Below are positions 14,826 to 15,440 of a stretch of DNA of 15,440 nucleotides, piece after piece. Under the pieces are notes generated by a model, which made no database searches, was not told the origin of the DNA, and saw only the letters and a program-made list of their open reading frames with translations. Source of the DNA: Armatimonadota bacterium (lineage in GTDB: Bacteria; Sysuimicrobiota; Sysuimicrobiia; Sysuimicrobiales; Humicultoraceae); the NCBI GenBank assembly GCA_037446215.1, contig JBBIJB010000035.1, positions 1 through 15,440 on the forward strand, in the 5' to 3' direction. Numbering within the stretch: position 1 is the first letter of the stretch; every line of letters starts with the position of its first letter. Position numbers and translations under genes: made by a program.

Positions 14826-15440
14826 ATGAACATCCGCAAGATCCTCATCGCCCTCGGGGTCGTCGTGCTCCTGGCGGCCGGGGGAGCGGGCGCCTGGGTG
14901 CTGACCTCGAAGGCCAAGCCGGGCTCGGGGGTCGCGGCCACGGTCAACGGCGAGGCGGTATACTGGTCGCAGGTGGACGCCGAGATAGACCGCGCCGCGG
15001 TGCAGTTCGGCATAGACCCGAAGAGCCCCGAGTTCGACAAGCAGCGGGTCGAGGTCACCAAGGTCATCATAGACCAGATCGTCGCGCAGCGGCTGATCCT
15101 GCAGGAGGCGAAGAACCGCAACCTCACCGCCTCGGACAAGGACATAGAGGAGCAGATCGCCGCGATCAAGCAGCGCTTCCCCAGCGAGTCGGAGTTCAAC
15201 ACCGCGCTCGCCCGCAACGGCCTGACGCTCGCGGGCCTGCGCGACGTGATCACGATGCAGCTCACGCAGCGCCGGCTGCTGGCGGAGGTCGCCAAGCCCG
15301 CCGTCACCGACGACGAGGTGCGCAGGCAGTTCGAGGAGAACCGCACCCTCTACGACAGCCCGGCCCAGATCAAGGCGAGCCACATCCTGCTGCGCGTCGC
15401 CGACAAGGCCGATCTGGCCCTCGCGCTCAAGGGCTCCTCC
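14826..15440 (+). CDS. PrsA/SurA-family peptidyl-prolyl isomerase (foldase); 5' part only, runs off the right edge
   Basis: Absent from the ORF track. Read by hand from ATG 14826: MNIRKILIALGVVVLLAAGGAGAWVL...VAATVNGEAV...IIDQIVAQRLILQEAKNRNLTASDKDIEEQI..IKQRF.SESEFNTAL..NGLT...VTDDEVRRQFEEN...QIKASHIL. This is a SurA N-terminal domain followed by the parvulin start motif ASHIL. Confidence 0.9.
   Translation, partial: MNIRKILIALGVVVLLAAGGAGAWVLTSKAKPGSGVAATVNGEAVYWSQVDAEIDRAAVQFGIDPKSPEFDKQRVEVTKVIIDQIVAQRLILQEAKNRNLTASDKDIEEQIAAIKQRFPSESEFNTALARNGLTLAGLRDVITMQLTQRRLLAEVAKPAVTDDEVRRQFEENRTLYDSPAQIKASHILLRVADKADLALALKGSS

Noticed and set aside
1..15440. CRISPR arrays, tRNA/rRNA, IS elements, att sites
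   Set aside because: No regularly spaced short repeats, RNA gene signatures, transposase or integrase motifs, or terminal repeats were seen. All intergenic gaps are under 170 nt.

Overview
GC-rich bacterial chromosomal window. At the left are two tandem, collinear paralogous family-5 (DppA/OppA-like) ABC substrate-binding protein genes on the minus strand, divergent from mfd (2431-5694). At the right edge is the 5' part of a PrsA/SurA-type foldase gene (14826 to beyond the window). Between mfd and the foldase lies a compact ~9 kb, 9-gene plus-strand operon (5766-14746), preceded by a tandem palindromic GntR-type operator. It encodes a GntR/FCD regulator, an atypical DRE-TIM (LeuA/homocitrate synthase-like) enzyme with substituted catalytic motifs, a LeuC/LeuD-type [4Fe-4S] hydro-lyase pair, an isocitrate lyase/PEP-mutase family lyase (KRCGH), an MmgE/PrpD protein resembling the cis-aconitate decarboxylase branch, and a TctCBA tripartite tricarboxylate transporter. 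The operon has no LeuB-type dehydrogenase and no CoA ligase or transferase. It therefore looks like an uptake and catabolic pathway for a branched di/tricarboxylic acid (methylcitrate- or dimethylmalate-like chemistry) that I cannot match to a characterised pathway, rather than Leu/Lys biosynthesis. No RNA genes, CRISPR arrays or mobile elements were seen. All family assignments come from motif recognition by eye, not database searches.
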